In this document: in pieces, positions 1 through 9,387 of the stretch | Numbering within the stretch: position 1 is the stretch's first letter | Layout: each line of letters begins with the position of its first letter | Source: Fibrobacteria bacterium | GTDB taxonomy: Bacteria > Fibrobacterota > Fibrobacteria > UBA11236 | Reading direction: 5' to 3' | DNA: 64,000 nt | Assembly (NCBI GenBank): GCA_041746255.1 | Contig: JBGTHM010000097.1 | Location: forward strand, 1-64,000 | Notes under the pieces: generated by a model | Told to the model about the DNA's origin: nothing | Databases searched by the model: none | The model's input: the letters and a program-made list of their open reading frames with translations, nothing else | Program-made: the position numbers and the translations under genes

Positions 1-141
1 AGGTTCAAAAAATGATAAAGGAATGGGTCGAAGACTATAATTCATTTGCTCCACACTCAGCCCTTGGAATGAAATCACCTATGGAATTTTTTAAACTTAA
101 ATCAGCAGCGTAACCGGTTCGAAAATTGGCCGATAAGACCA
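1..141 (+). mobile_element. Right end of an IS3-family (IS2-like) insertion sequence: transposase C-terminus (3..113) and candidate right inverted repeat (114..141)
   Basis: Frame from nt 3 reads VQKMIKEWVEDYNSFAPHSALGMKSPMEFFKLKSAA*, the YNxxxPHSALGxxSP integrase-core tail of IS3-family transposases; the segment ends ...GACCA at 141 (IS3 ends are TG...CA). Not in the ORF track. Confidence 0.85.
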
Positions 142-143
142 TT

Positions 144-218
144 ACCCCAGGGATGTACCTCCTAAAGCTTGAATACGGAGGGGAATCGGTGACACGGTTT
201 CTTTCGGTAATCAGGTAG
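144..218 (+). pseudogene. Orphaned 3' end of a secreted-protein gene (T9SS-like C-terminal tail) interrupted by the IS
   Basis: Reads TPGMYLLKLEYGGESVTRFLSVIR* right after the IS end; matches the G-x-Y-hydrophobic...V-x-R tails of other secreted proteins here (e.g. KGLYLLKSSGQSQLVVR at 34804). Confidence 0.65.
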
Positions 219-277
219 GGTTCAACTTGGACAGGAAAGGGCTCGCGGTAATTCCTCGTTCTGGGGAAAATTCTCCG

Positions 278-1048
278 TTATTCCACCTTTTTCTTTTCAA
301 TAATCACACTGTCTTTATAAATCTCGATGGAAGAAGGACTCCCATCCTTATCCAAGCGAAGAATTTTTCCGTTTCCATTTTTCACCAAACCAATTTGCTT
401 TCCGGTACTGTCGTAAACCTCCATGTGAATCCATTTTTTTGATTTGGATACAGCCGTCGTATCCTGCAGTTGTCCATTTGGAAAATAAGTGACCCCACCT
501 ATCCATTTACCTTCATCATGATGCATACGCACCCGCAGTTGGCCTGACTCATAATATTTCACTATCAAGCCCTCCCTATCGCCATTTGAATCGGTACGTC
601 TATGGTATTTCAATTTTCCAGAGGGATACCATTCATAATGATCACCAACGATAATACCGTGCTTATAGGGAGACTTGACTATCAACTGACCATTGGATGC
701 ATATCGCCTATACAACCCATGGTTTTCGCATGAAACATACGACTGGATAACTTTTGGACTTCCGTCCTCATGGTATTCATATGTGGTATCGCTTGGGCAG
801 CCATTTTCCCAATGACTTTTATATTCCAGCGATCCGGATGGATACCAATTCATTCCTTCTCCATGCAATTTCCCGTTCAAATAATTTGTGGTTTCTGCCA
901 ATTGTCCATTTGAATGAAATGATGAACAACTCATAGCTATTCCCAAATTAGTTTTTTTCTCACCACACCTTTTAGTATTTGAAATTGAACTGGAAGCCCC
1001 CCAGGAAAATAGCGTCCAAAACATTATCAGCCCCACTATCCTTCTCAT
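278..1048 (-). CDS. MORN-variant repeat (YwqK-like) protein with signal peptide; putative immunity protein
   Basis: Repeated Y/W-x-x-x-G-x-L units (FHSNGQL, WYPSGSL, YASNGQL, WYPSGKL, YYESGQL, YFPNGQL). Start moved to ATG 1048 (MRRIVGLIMFW...), 1 nt after the upstream stop. Visibly AT-rich. Confidence 0.85.
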   Translation of the reverse strand: MRRIVGLIMFWTLFSWGASSSISNTKRCGEKKTNLGIAMSCSSFHSNGQLAETTNYLNGKLHGEGMNWYPSGSLEYKSHWENGCPSDTTYEYHEDGSPKVIQSYVSCENHGLYRRYASNGQLIVKSPYKHGIIVGDHYEWYPSGKLKYHRRTDSNGDREGLIVKYYESGQLRVRMHHDEGKWIGGVTYFPNGQLQDTTAVSKSKKWIHMEVYDSTGKQIGLVKNGNGKILRLDKDGSPSSIEIYKDSVIIEKKKVE

Positions 1049-1049
1049 A

Positions 1050-3698
1050 TTACAAATTCCACTTTTGAAGAACTCCATCAAGTCGGCGAATACTATCCCG
1101 ATTAGTTATAAAGGTTTTGATATTATTAATTCCTTTTTCATAGGCTTCTTTCTTTTCGAGATCACCTCTTTTTTGTGACAATTTCATTAAAACCTTTTTG
1201 TCCGGACACGACCACCGTACGATCCATTTAAATTCATGATCAGACCTTACTGCTTCTAGAAGATCCAAAAGTGTGTTTTCCTTTTCCTTCTGTAAATCTT
1301 CACCCTCATTAAAATCCTGATCCGCACCTTTCATCAAAAATCGTACCATGGGACCCGTGGCTTCCGGGGGGCTTGCCCTTACAAGCGTTTTATCCCTGAC
1401 CGCGGATTTACATACATCGAAGGAAATGGATTCCACCGGTTGATCAGTGGATGGTGCTTTTTCATTCCCCCAATCAAAAAGGTCTATGACTTTACCCACA
1501 AAACCAAAATCCAGCGCATCAAGCAGCCCGCCGTTCTTATACGAGGCCACGGCGAAATCCCTATAGGTCTGAAAAGCTTCCGAGCTGATGTTGACGATTC
1601 TGCGATAATCAATGGCACCCAACAGTGAGCCAATAAATTTGAAACCTTCCATTGGTCCCAGCTCGAACACCAACTTGCCGCCGCCACCCATACCGACAAC
1701 CAATTTGGCATCAATTTCGACTTTGAATTTTCCGTCCTTGAACCCGATATCGATTCCTAGGGCGGCTCCCACTCCGGCTCCACCTCGAGCCGTAAGTCCG
1801 ATAATACCCAGTGCGGAAAAGTCGAGCCCTTCATCACTCCACTGTGGGGCTAGTGTCAAACCTACCCCGACCTCGGCACCCGCATGGCCGGAAAGAGATG
1901 CGGAAGCGCTGGCTGTCAGTTTTTGGGGAACCTTATCTTTGGACCAGGATTTGCCCCATTCTTTCTCCTTATTACCTGGCTTGGCTGAGCCATTGTCACC
2001 ATCACCGGAGGCCAGGCTTCTTAAATCAAGATTGGGAAACCGAATGCCGGCGGATAGAGACGCGCCCACGAAAGTAAATCCGTTTAGCCCCGCTTCCAGT
2101 GCCAGACGCACTTGCCGGCCTTCTTTCACCAATTTCTTTCCCTTATCGGTGAGATTTAAAAATTCCAACATATTAATGCCATCTTCGTCCGGAAGACGCC
2201 ATTTGCCGGAGGCGCGGCCATCGAAAATCCCGAATCGGAGAGAACCTTTAGCTCCCACGGATAGGACGCGCTCTTTTAAATTTGCTTCGAAATCCGCATC
2301 CGCATTGGCAGTAAAACGCAGAAACTGCGCTTCTGCCCCGACATTTATGTTAGTTTCACCCACTTTATGTTTTCCCGGTAATGAAATTTTCCAATCCGGA
2401 AGATATTCATGTTCATGATTCCAGCTCCAGAATTTCTCCTTTAACTTGAATTCGGTACTGAACTTGGGTGCGGTTTCCGCTTGTAGCCGCGCCTTTTTCA
2501 AACGCTTACGTACGGTCGCATCCTTATCGTTTCGAAAATAACCTTTGACTTTTCCCGTCTTGCGCAAATGCGAGCGGACATAAATTACGCTTTTTAAGGA
2601 TTTATCCCATTTGGGGTTTTTCTTGACTGCATACAATTCCTTGACGGCTTGCTTAGGATCTCCTTTTGCATCCTTCAGCAATTCTTCCAACTCAAGGGCT
2701 GCAGCTTGAATTTTTTCCTCTCTGAGCGCTTTATCCTTTTCCTGGCGCGCTTTGTCCAGGTTTTCGCGGCATTGCCCCAAAAGGTTGACTTCTTCAATGA
2801 TTGGATCCAAATCCGCTTCTTCAATGATCCAATACTCCTCCCCATTGTCGATATCGCTGGGAGAATAGAAAATCATGCAGGTGTCGATTTCGCCGTCCGA
2901 AAAGGGAATCGAGGGGGACTTGACCTGAATATTTTTAGATGCGCACTTCGCGATGAAATAAAAGCACTCGCCTTCCTCAATCGGCTGACCCTGTAATTTT
3001 TCCGGAATTTCCCAATCGGCTACGGCGGCGTTGTCCGCGGAGTTCTCGCCCACTCGCCCCACAACAGTAGTCACCCGATCAGGGCTGGATTCCCGATAAA
3101 GGGAAAAACTAACGGTATCACCCGGTAGTAAGCCTTGATGTTCCACCATGAGGCCGACATTTTGTAAACCGGAAATAACCTGGATGCTCGTATCCCCCGA
3201 TTCATCCTTTCGTATCCACAAGGGTTTACTGAGAGACGCAGTTTTTTCTGCGGCTGCCTGTTGAGTTGCCGCTGCTTCGAGCTCAGCCGTTACCTGTTTA
3301 CTCTGGCCTTGTAGCCAATTCAGGATTTGTCGCCGGTATTCCTTCTGTAACTGGATTGCTTTTTCCGATTGCTGTAGGTCCAACAGTACTAAGTGATTAA
3401 AATTGAGGAGGTAAAGAACCAGGTTTTCACCGCTCAAACGGTAACTGTTTATTGTTGTCCAAACCGGAGACATTTGCAATACGGATTGGGCCGCGTGCTC
3501 CGCCTCGCGCGACCCGATTTTACTGATGGCGGTTTTCCAGTTTTTTTCTTTAACTCTAAGGGGGCAGAAGAGGGGCGCCTTGCCATGTGCTTCCAGCCAA
3601 GGATTCCTGCTGTCGCGTTGAATATGCGATGCGCAGGGCTGAGACCAGCAACCCAAACAAACGATTTCGTCAATTAGAACTCGGTTTTTTATGAGCAT
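1050..3698 (-). CDS. Large hypothetical protein; putative T6SS effector with Gly/Ala-rich C-terminal half
   Basis: Long ORF (track TTG start 3749 lies inside the upstream DNA box, so ATG 3698 is preferred). No signal peptide; coiled-coil segments; Gly-rich region (GHAGAEVGVG, GGAGVGAALG, VGMGGGG). Divergent from vgrG and followed by an immunity-like gene. Confidence 0.6.
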   Translation of the reverse strand: MLIKNRVLIDEIVCLGCWSQPCASHIQRDSRNPWLEAHGKAPLFCPLRVKEKNWKTAISKIGSREAEHAAQSVLQMSPVWTTINSYRLSGENLVLYLLNFNHLVLLDLQQSEKAIQLQKEYRRQILNWLQGQSKQVTAELEAAATQQAAAEKTASLSKPLWIRKDESGDTSIQVISGLQNVGLMVEHQGLLPGDTVSFSLYRESSPDRVTTVVGRVGENSADNAAVADWEIPEKLQGQPIEEGECFYFIAKCASKNIQVKSPSIPFSDGEIDTCMIFYSPSDIDNGEEYWIIEEADLDPIIEEVNLLGQCRENLDKARQEKDKALREEKIQAAALELEELLKDAKGDPKQAVKELYAVKKNPKWDKSLKSVIYVRSHLRKTGKVKGYFRNDKDATVRKRLKKARLQAETAPKFSTEFKLKEKFWSWNHEHEYLPDWKISLPGKHKVGETNINVGAEAQFLRFTANADADFEANLKERVLSVGAKGSLRFGIFDGRASGKWRLPDEDGINMLEFLNLTDKGKKLVKEGRQVRLALEAGLNGFTFVGASLSAGIRFPNLDLRSLASGDGDNGSAKPGNKEKEWGKSWSKDKVPQKLTASASASLSGHAGAEVGVGLTLAPQWSDEGLDFSALGIIGLTARGGAGVGAALGIDIGFKDGKFKVEIDAKLVVGMGGGGKLVFELGPMEGFKFIGSLLGAIDYRRIVNISSEAFQTYRDFAVASYKNGGLLDALDFGFVGKVIDLFDWGNEKAPSTDQPVESISFDVCKSAVRDKTLVRASPPEATGPMVRFLMKGADQDFNEGEDLQKEKENTLLDLLEAVRSDHEFKWIVRWSCPDKKVLMKLSQKRGDLEKKEAYEKGINNIKTFITNRDSIRRLDGVLQKWNL

Positions 3699-3734
3699 TT
3701 GATTGAAAAAATAGTTATTTGCCCCTTTCCTCAA

Positions 3735-3750
3735 TGTGACCCACGTCAAT
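3735..3750. promoter_or_regulatory. CRP/FNR-type box upstream of the putative effector
   Basis: TGTGA-CCCACG-TCAAT; minus-strand TATTTT (-10-like, 3713..3708) lies 21 nt away. Confidence 0.55.
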
Positions 3751-3915
3751 TCCCGGATTTAAGTACAAGACCAATTTAAGGGCCAAGTATCGGTTGCTTT
3801 GAGGGCAGGCTACACGGGGGTGTCCCGAGAATTAATTCGAGGAAGGCGCTAAATTTCGCCGATTGGACTGAATTTTCACGGAAATATGGCGTCGAGACTT
3901 GCGATTTGCCCTATT

Positions 3916-3931
3916 TGTGACGCGGGTCACC
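3916..3931. promoter_or_regulatory. CRP/FNR-type box upstream of vgrG
   Basis: TGTGA-CGCGGG-TCACC (9/10 match to TGTGA-N6-TCACA); its core is a 12/13 inverted match to the 3735 box; TATCTT at 3954..3959 lies 22 nt downstream. Confidence 0.6.
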
Positions 3932-4020
3932 TAGGGGGCGAGGGAAACTTGAATATCTTTTCCAACTCAATTCGGAAAGGTGGTGAAAAAAATGATTCAG
4001 CACCTTCTCAGGAGTAAGCC

Positions 4021-6108
4021 ATGCCAGAAATAAAGCAACAGCTAATCGCCCTCAAAATCGGATCTTTGGAACCCGACACCTTCCGGGTTCTCAGCTTTCA
4101 GGGCGTGGAGCACGTATCCAATACTTTTGAATTCACCATCCAGGCAACATCCGAGGAAAAGGAGTTGGACTATGATGACTTGGTCGGCCAACCGGCCACT
4201 CTCATGGTAGCCGGTGATGGCTTCTTAGTTCCCCACCACGGAGTAATTTCGTTCGTGGACCAGACTCCTCGCGGCAATAGCCTTCACCTCTACGAATTCA
4301 CGCTGATTCCCCGATTCCAGCTCCTCGAGCGCAATACGCAGAATCGGATTTTTCAAAGCATGACCGTGCAGGAAATCGTGGAAGAGGTACTCAAACAATC
4401 CGGCATGGAATCGCGAGATTATAAGTTCGAGGCGAAGGATAAATTTCCCAAGCGCGAATTTACCGTGCAATATAATGAATCCGATTGGCAATTTGTCCGT
4501 CGCCTACTGGAGGACGAAGGCATATTTTATTTCTTCCGGCATGAGGATGGGTTGGATGTGGTTGTTTTTGCCAATGAACCGAATTCGGTGGCGGAAATCC
4601 CCAATACACCCGAAGTACTTTTTTACCCGGACACCGGCATGCAGCGGGAAGAAACGGATTTCGTGGAATCCCTGAAAAAATCCCGGAAAATGGTTACCGA
4701 AAAAGTCACCGTCAAGGACTACAACTACCGTACCCCGCAAGTAAACATCATGGCTCAATCCGGTCCCGATAATGCCGGTGAACTCTACCTCTACGGGACG
4801 CATGTAAAAACCACGGATGAGGCTGAGCGCATTGCCAAGATGCGCGCCGAAGCCAAAGCTTGCCAAAAAATCATCCTCAATGGAAGCGGCTCTTGTAGAT
4901 CGATGCGCGTAGGATTCCGTTTTAAATTGGGAGACCCTCATGAAACCAATTTCGGAGGCACTTACTTTATTACTTCCGTTAAACATAAGGGAAACCAACG
5001 GGAAGGTTTTGACGGTGGAGCGCAAGAAACCCAGTATGAAAACGATTTCACCTGCATCCCCGCCGACGTCCCTTTCCGGCCGGAACCGGTAACCCCCAAA
5101 CCCAAAGTCGACGGCATACTCACCGCCGTAGTAGACGGTCAAAAAGGCAAATATGCCTATATCGACGAAGAAGGCCGCTACCGGATGAAGCTCCACTTCG
5201 ACCGGGGAGCCGAATCGGATGGCAAGGCCAGTAGACCCGTGCGCATGGCCCAGCCCTATTCCGGCCGGGGGTATGGCATGCACTTCCCGCTGCATACCGG
5301 CACGGAAGTCGCCGTCGGGTTCGTCAACGGCGATATCGACCGTCCCATCGCCCTGAGCACCATTCCCAATCCGGACAATGCTACGCCCGTCAAGTCCGGT
5401 AATAGCTCCCAAAACGTGATCCGCTCCCACTCGGGCCACCAACTTTGTTTGGAGGATAAAGAAGGTGAAACCGGGGCGACTTTGTCCAGCTCCGGAGGCC
5501 ACTCCTTTTCGCTCATCGACACCGCCAAGAGCAAAGGCGCTACGCTCACCACCTCCGGCAAAAACACCCTGGGTTTGGACGACACCAACAAGAAAATCTA
5601 CCTCGGCACCACCGACGGCCATCAATTGGTTATGGACGACCAGGGCACCAAATGCACTTTCGAAACCAAGGACGGCCATAAATTCGCCTTGGATGACGGC
5701 GGAAAGCATATCACACTGGAATCGAGCGGCGGACATTCGCTGAAACTGGACGATTCCGGATCCAAAGTGGATTTGACCTCCACCGGCACCCACACCACCG
5801 AAGCCAAGGACGAAATAACCATCACGGTGGGCAAAAGCACCATCAACATGAAAAAGGACGGCACCATCGTCATCAGCGGCAAGAAAATTTCGCTGGAAGC
5901 CACCACCGATATCGAAATGTCGGCCATGAACATCAAACTGGACGCCAAACAGAAGGTATCGCTGACCGGTATGCAGGAGGTTTCCCTGGCCAGCACACCG
6001 GCTTCCGTTTCCGTCAAGCCCACCGGCGCGGAAACTTCCGGACCCATGGTTAAGCTTGCGGGAATGGCCATGGTGGAATTGTCGGGGCCCATGGTGAAGA
6101 TTAACTAA
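4021..6108 (+). CDS. vgrG: Type VI secretion spike protein VgrG/TssI
   Basis: Motifs RIFQ, VQYNESDWQFVRRLLEDEGIFYFF, DYNY, DEEGRY, GMHFPLHTGTEVAVGFVNGDIDRP; gp5-like beta-repeat C-terminus; RBS AGGAG. Confidence 0.95.
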   Translation: MPEIKQQLIALKIGSLEPDTFRVLSFQGVEHVSNTFEFTIQATSEEKELDYDDLVGQPATLMVAGDGFLVPHHGVISFVDQTPRGNSLHLYEFTLIPRFQLLERNTQNRIFQSMTVQEIVEEVLKQSGMESRDYKFEAKDKFPKREFTVQYNESDWQFVRRLLEDEGIFYFFRHEDGLDVVVFANEPNSVAEIPNTPEVLFYPDTGMQREETDFVESLKKSRKMVTEKVTVKDYNYRTPQVNIMAQSGPDNAGELYLYGTHVKTTDEAERIAKMRAEAKACQKIILNGSGSCRSMRVGFRFKLGDPHETNFGGTYFITSVKHKGNQREGFDGGAQETQYENDFTCIPADVPFRPEPVTPKPKVDGILTAVVDGQKGKYAYIDEEGRYRMKLHFDRGAESDGKASRPVRMAQPYSGRGYGMHFPLHTGTEVAVGFVNGDIDRPIALSTIPNPDNATPVKSGNSSQNVIRSHSGHQLCLEDKEGETGATLSSSGGHSFSLIDTAKSKGATLTTSGKNTLGLDDTNKKIYLGTTDGHQLVMDDQGTKCTFETKDGHKFALDDGGKHITLESSGGHSLKLDDSGSKVDLTSTGTHTTEAKDEITITVGKSTINMKKDGTIVISGKKISLEATTDIEMSAMNIKLDAKQKVSLTGMQEVSLASTPASVSVKPTGAETSGPMVKLAGMAMVELSGPMVKIN

Positions 6109-6156
6109 TCCAGCACCTACATATGGACATTTAATAAAATGGACTAAAGCCTCTGT

Positions 6157-6726
6157 ATGTCCTCTGCACCAACAACATTCGAAACCGAACGCCTGAAGTT
6201 GCGACACTGGACTGCAGAGGATTTCGCGCCCTTCGCCGAACTCAATGCGGACAGTCGGGTGATGGAATATTTTCCCGCACCATTGAGCCATACCGAAAGC
6301 GATGCCATGGCCATACAAATTCAGGCATTGATTGAGAAACGGGGATTTGGATTCTGGGCCACCGAGATCCGATCCACGGGAGAGTTTATCGGCTTCGTAG
6401 GGTTGCAGGTGCCGATTGCCGAGTTGCCTTTTTCACCCTGCGTCGAAATTGGCTGGAGATTGGCCTACGCCCATTGGGGCAAAGGGTACGCTACGGAAGC
6501 TGCTGCTGGCGCACTTCGTGTAGGCTTTGAGAAGTTTAATCTCCCGGAAATCGTCTCATTTACACCGGTACTTAATAAGCGTTCACAGGCTGTAATGGAA
6601 AAACTGAATATGCGTGCAGATGGAATATTCGAGCACCCGGCCGTCCCACCGGACCATAAATTACGTCCACACCGACTCTATCGCCTTACCTTTACGGATT
6701 GGCAAAACCACTTTCCCCACGCTTAG
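6157..6726 (+). CDS. GNAT N-acetyltransferase (RimJ/RimL family)
   Basis: ETERLKLR, EIGWRL, WGKGYATEAA, NKRSQAVMEKL motifs. Confidence 0.92.
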   Translation: MSSAPTTFETERLKLRHWTAEDFAPFAELNADSRVMEYFPAPLSHTESDAMAIQIQALIEKRGFGFWATEIRSTGEFIGFVGLQVPIAELPFSPCVEIGWRLAYAHWGKGYATEAAAGALRVGFEKFNLPEIVSFTPVLNKRSQAVMEKLNMRADGIFEHPAVPPDHKLRPHRLYRLTFTDWQNHFPHA

Positions 6727-8732
6727 CGGACGCTGTCTTCCGGGGCGCGTAGGCGACTTTGGGATTCCATGGCCTTGTCCAGGCTGACCCGGATTTTCTC
6801 CCGCTCATCCCCGGAGGTCCGGCTCAGGTTGGCCAGCGATTCCCGCAGCATGGAAACCGCTTGGTCGATTTTCCCTTGTTGCAGGTAGATCAATCCCACC
6901 CGGTGCTGCAATTCCGAAATCCGGTGGTGGCGTGGATATTTTTCAAAATATTTCAAATAATATTCCAGCGCCTTGTCGGGGTTGGTCCGAAACTCCAGCT
7001 CCGCCAGACGGAGCCAGCATTCACCCGCGAAGGCGCCCGAAGGATATAAAGCCAGGTAGCGCAGGAAATCGCCATGGGCTTGAGCCGGAGCCGCCGAGTT
7101 ATCCGCGCGCAGCTTGGCCACGGAGAAAAGTGCGGCCTCCTTACGCAGACGGGGTGTGCTTGGGTCATCCAGGGCTTTTAAGTACAATCGCACCGCCAAT
7201 TGCCAATCGCGCGATTCCGCTTCTTCAGCCTGCTGGTAATAATCGATCGTTCGTTTTTCGGCTCGGAGGGAAGGTCCGGCTGAGTCCACCGGCTCGGGGA
7301 CAGTCGTTTTCGTTCGCACGTCGGGAGTCTTGCGTGCCAGAGGTTGTGTGGGCGAATTCGGCAGCAACTTAGCCCTTAAACCCGCCTCACCACGCGTTTC
7401 CAGCCGGATGAGCGTATCCAAAGTTCGGTAACCTTCCTTGCTGATGCGCACTGCAAGCTCGCCGGCCGGCTGGAGAATGGCCAGAGGAGTAACACCCTTG
7501 TAACGACCGTCGAGACGCACTTCCGCACCCGGAACATCGCTTTCGAGCGTGAGCAGGGCGAATTCCCGCAATTCCTCCACTTCGGGAAGTTTTTCGATTT
7601 CGTGACGCGGTACGGTGCGTCCCCCGTCTTCAACACGGTAGGCGTTGGAGGCGGAATCGTATACCAGGCTTTGGCCGGCGGAAACTTCGAGGTCTCCGAA
7701 ATCGGGGGAGGTAACGCGGATATTGCCTTCCAGCACCGACGTGGAAATCCGTCCCCACAAATCGGATTGCAGTTGAAAATAAGTGCCGATAACTTCAATA
7801 CGATAGTCGGGAGTTGAAACCTGGTACTTCTCCCCCTGTTTACGGTGCTTAACGAAGAAGGTGATCTTGCTTCCAGGCGAAGGCGCCATCGCGGCCTTTA
7901 CATGGGATTGTGACCTGGAGACCGGCTGTATTTCCACCCCGGATCCATTCTCAATTTCGATGAATCCCCTTTCGTGTACCAGGGTCAGGGCGCCTGCCGC
8001 CTCAGAATGAAAGTTGCGCCGATCCGAAAGAGCGGATCCGGCAATCGCCATGGATTGACCGCGCGCCTGATAGACTACAATTTGCGGTGTTGAGGTGTCC
8101 GGAGCGAGCCCCCGCCAAGTGAGAAATCCCATAGCGACGAACAGCAGGGAAAGAGCGGCGGCACGCAGACGCGGCATCGTGATAAGAGTGAAGAGGGGCC
8201 ATAAAATCGGTCCGGTGCGCGCGGACCGATCCGCCTGCGGATGACCCACGGGAATTCCGCTAAGACCTTCGGCCTCGGCTTTTTGAATCCGATCCAGAAT
8301 CGCATTTTCCTGATTCTCCCAATAACCCGGAGAAGGGATTTCCGGCGATTTCAGAACCTGTTCCCATTCGGGTAAGGCCGCAACCTGATGGATACGGCCT
8401 TCCAAATCCTTCTCCACTTTATTCCAGGTGGATGCTTGAACGGACGTATGATCGGCCAGGCATTCGTTAACCGGGGTATCGTATTCGGCATGACGGGAAG
8501 TTCTACGGGAGAGATTGGCTTCGACGCGTTCCCAAAAGCCCTCGGTGGGAATGCGCTCGGCCATGAGAAGACTCAACGGTCCCATTTCCTCCGCCTGACC
8601 GATGCGATGCATGAGCCGGGATTCCATAGCCTGGAAATCCACGCCGGAGACGTCTTCGTCTTCGCGCAGCCGCCTTAGCAAGGCTTCCATGCCATCGGAT
8701 GGAAAGGGGGTATCGGGGTTTTCATTTTTCAT
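6723..8732 (-). CDS. Membrane anti-sigma factor: FecR-like, PEGA and TPR domains
   Basis: One TM helix; FecR-like VSTPDYRIEVIGTYF...VLEGNIRV; PEGA LESDVPGAEVRLDGRYKGVTPL; TPR helices (YLALYPSG, YFEKYPRH); coupled to the ECF sigma by ATGA overlap. Confidence 0.8.
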   Translation of the reverse strand: MKNENPDTPFPSDGMEALLRRLREDEDVSGVDFQAMESRLMHRIGQAEEMGPLSLLMAERIPTEGFWERVEANLSRRTSRHAEYDTPVNECLADHTSVQASTWNKVEKDLEGRIHQVAALPEWEQVLKSPEIPSPGYWENQENAILDRIQKAEAEGLSGIPVGHPQADRSARTGPILWPLFTLITMPRLRAAALSLLFVAMGFLTWRGLAPDTSTPQIVVYQARGQSMAIAGSALSDRRNFHSEAAGALTLVHERGFIEIENGSGVEIQPVSRSQSHVKAAMAPSPGSKITFFVKHRKQGEKYQVSTPDYRIEVIGTYFQLQSDLWGRISTSVLEGNIRVTSPDFGDLEVSAGQSLVYDSASNAYRVEDGGRTVPRHEIEKLPEVEELREFALLTLESDVPGAEVRLDGRYKGVTPLAILQPAGELAVRISKEGYRTLDTLIRLETRGEAGLRAKLLPNSPTQPLARKTPDVRTKTTVPEPVDSAGPSLRAEKRTIDYYQQAEEAESRDWQLAVRLYLKALDDPSTPRLRKEAALFSVAKLRADNSAAPAQAHGDFLRYLALYPSGAFAGECWLRLAELEFRTNPDKALEYYLKYFEKYPRHHRISELQHRVGLIYLQQGKIDQAVSMLRESLANLSRTSGDEREKIRVSLDKAMESQSRLRAPEDSVR

Positions 8733-9295
8733 GGGTCGATGGAGTCGAGATATTCCTTGATGAGTTTTCGGGCCGTAAAAAGACGGGACTTGACCGTACC
8801 TTCGGGTATTCCCAATATGATCGCGATTTCGGAAAGCTCCATATCGCTGTAAATGTTCAATACCAGAGGAATGCGCAATTTATCATCCAAAATGGCTAAG
8901 GCATTTTCAACCAGATTCTTCAATTCCAATTTCTTACCGATATTCATTTCACCGGATTCGGGATGCACGTCCATGGCATCGATACTGGTCATGTCCCGGG
9001 AGGAGATGCGCTTACCCGCTTCCTGAAAGCGCCATCGCGCGGTACAGGTATTGATAATCACACGATGGAACCAGGTCTTGAAGGAAGAATCGCCTTTGAA
9101 GGTTTTCAGGGAGAGGTGAACCTGGAAAAAAGCTTCTTGTACCAAATCTTCATGTTCGCCGCTGGGGCCGGTAATCTTGTAAATCACGTTATAGGCATAA
9201 CTGCGATACATGTAGAAGATTTGCTTGAAGGCTAAAGCATTACCGGCTTTACACGCTTCCAGCAGCTCGAGAGTGGGTTCGCTGATTGTGCTCAT
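8729..9295 (-). CDS. ECF-type sigma-70 factor
   Basis: Region 2 EDLVQEAF...FKTWFHRVIIN; region 4 EIAIILGIPEGTVKSRLFTAR. Confidence 0.95.
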   Translation of the reverse strand: MSTISEPTLELLEACKAGNALAFKQIFYMYRSYAYNVIYKITGPSGEHEDLVQEAFFQVHLSLKTFKGDSSFKTWFHRVIINTCTARWRFQEAGKRISSRDMTSIDAMDVHPESGEMNIGKKLELKNLVENALAILDDKLRIPLVLNIYSDMELSEIAIILGIPEGTVKSRLFTARKLIKEYLDSIDP

Positions 9296-9387
9296 TTTTC
9301 CTCTTTGCCGCCAACGGGTGTTTTGCCGCTATTCAATTGGTAGGGGAAAGCCGGGCCGGCGTTCATTTCGGAAACAAACCCCAAATT

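Noticed and set aside
1612..2418. 268-aa Pro/Ser-rich ORF on plus
   Set aside because: Antisense mirror of the Gly-rich effector region.
3887..3902. Sigma-54-like TGGC...TTGC upstream of vgrG
   Set aside because: GG-to-GC spacing is 11 nt rather than the strict 10.
4504..6318. 604-aa antisense ORF over vgrG
   Set aside because: Shadow frame of a strongly codon-biased gene; no recognisable motifs.
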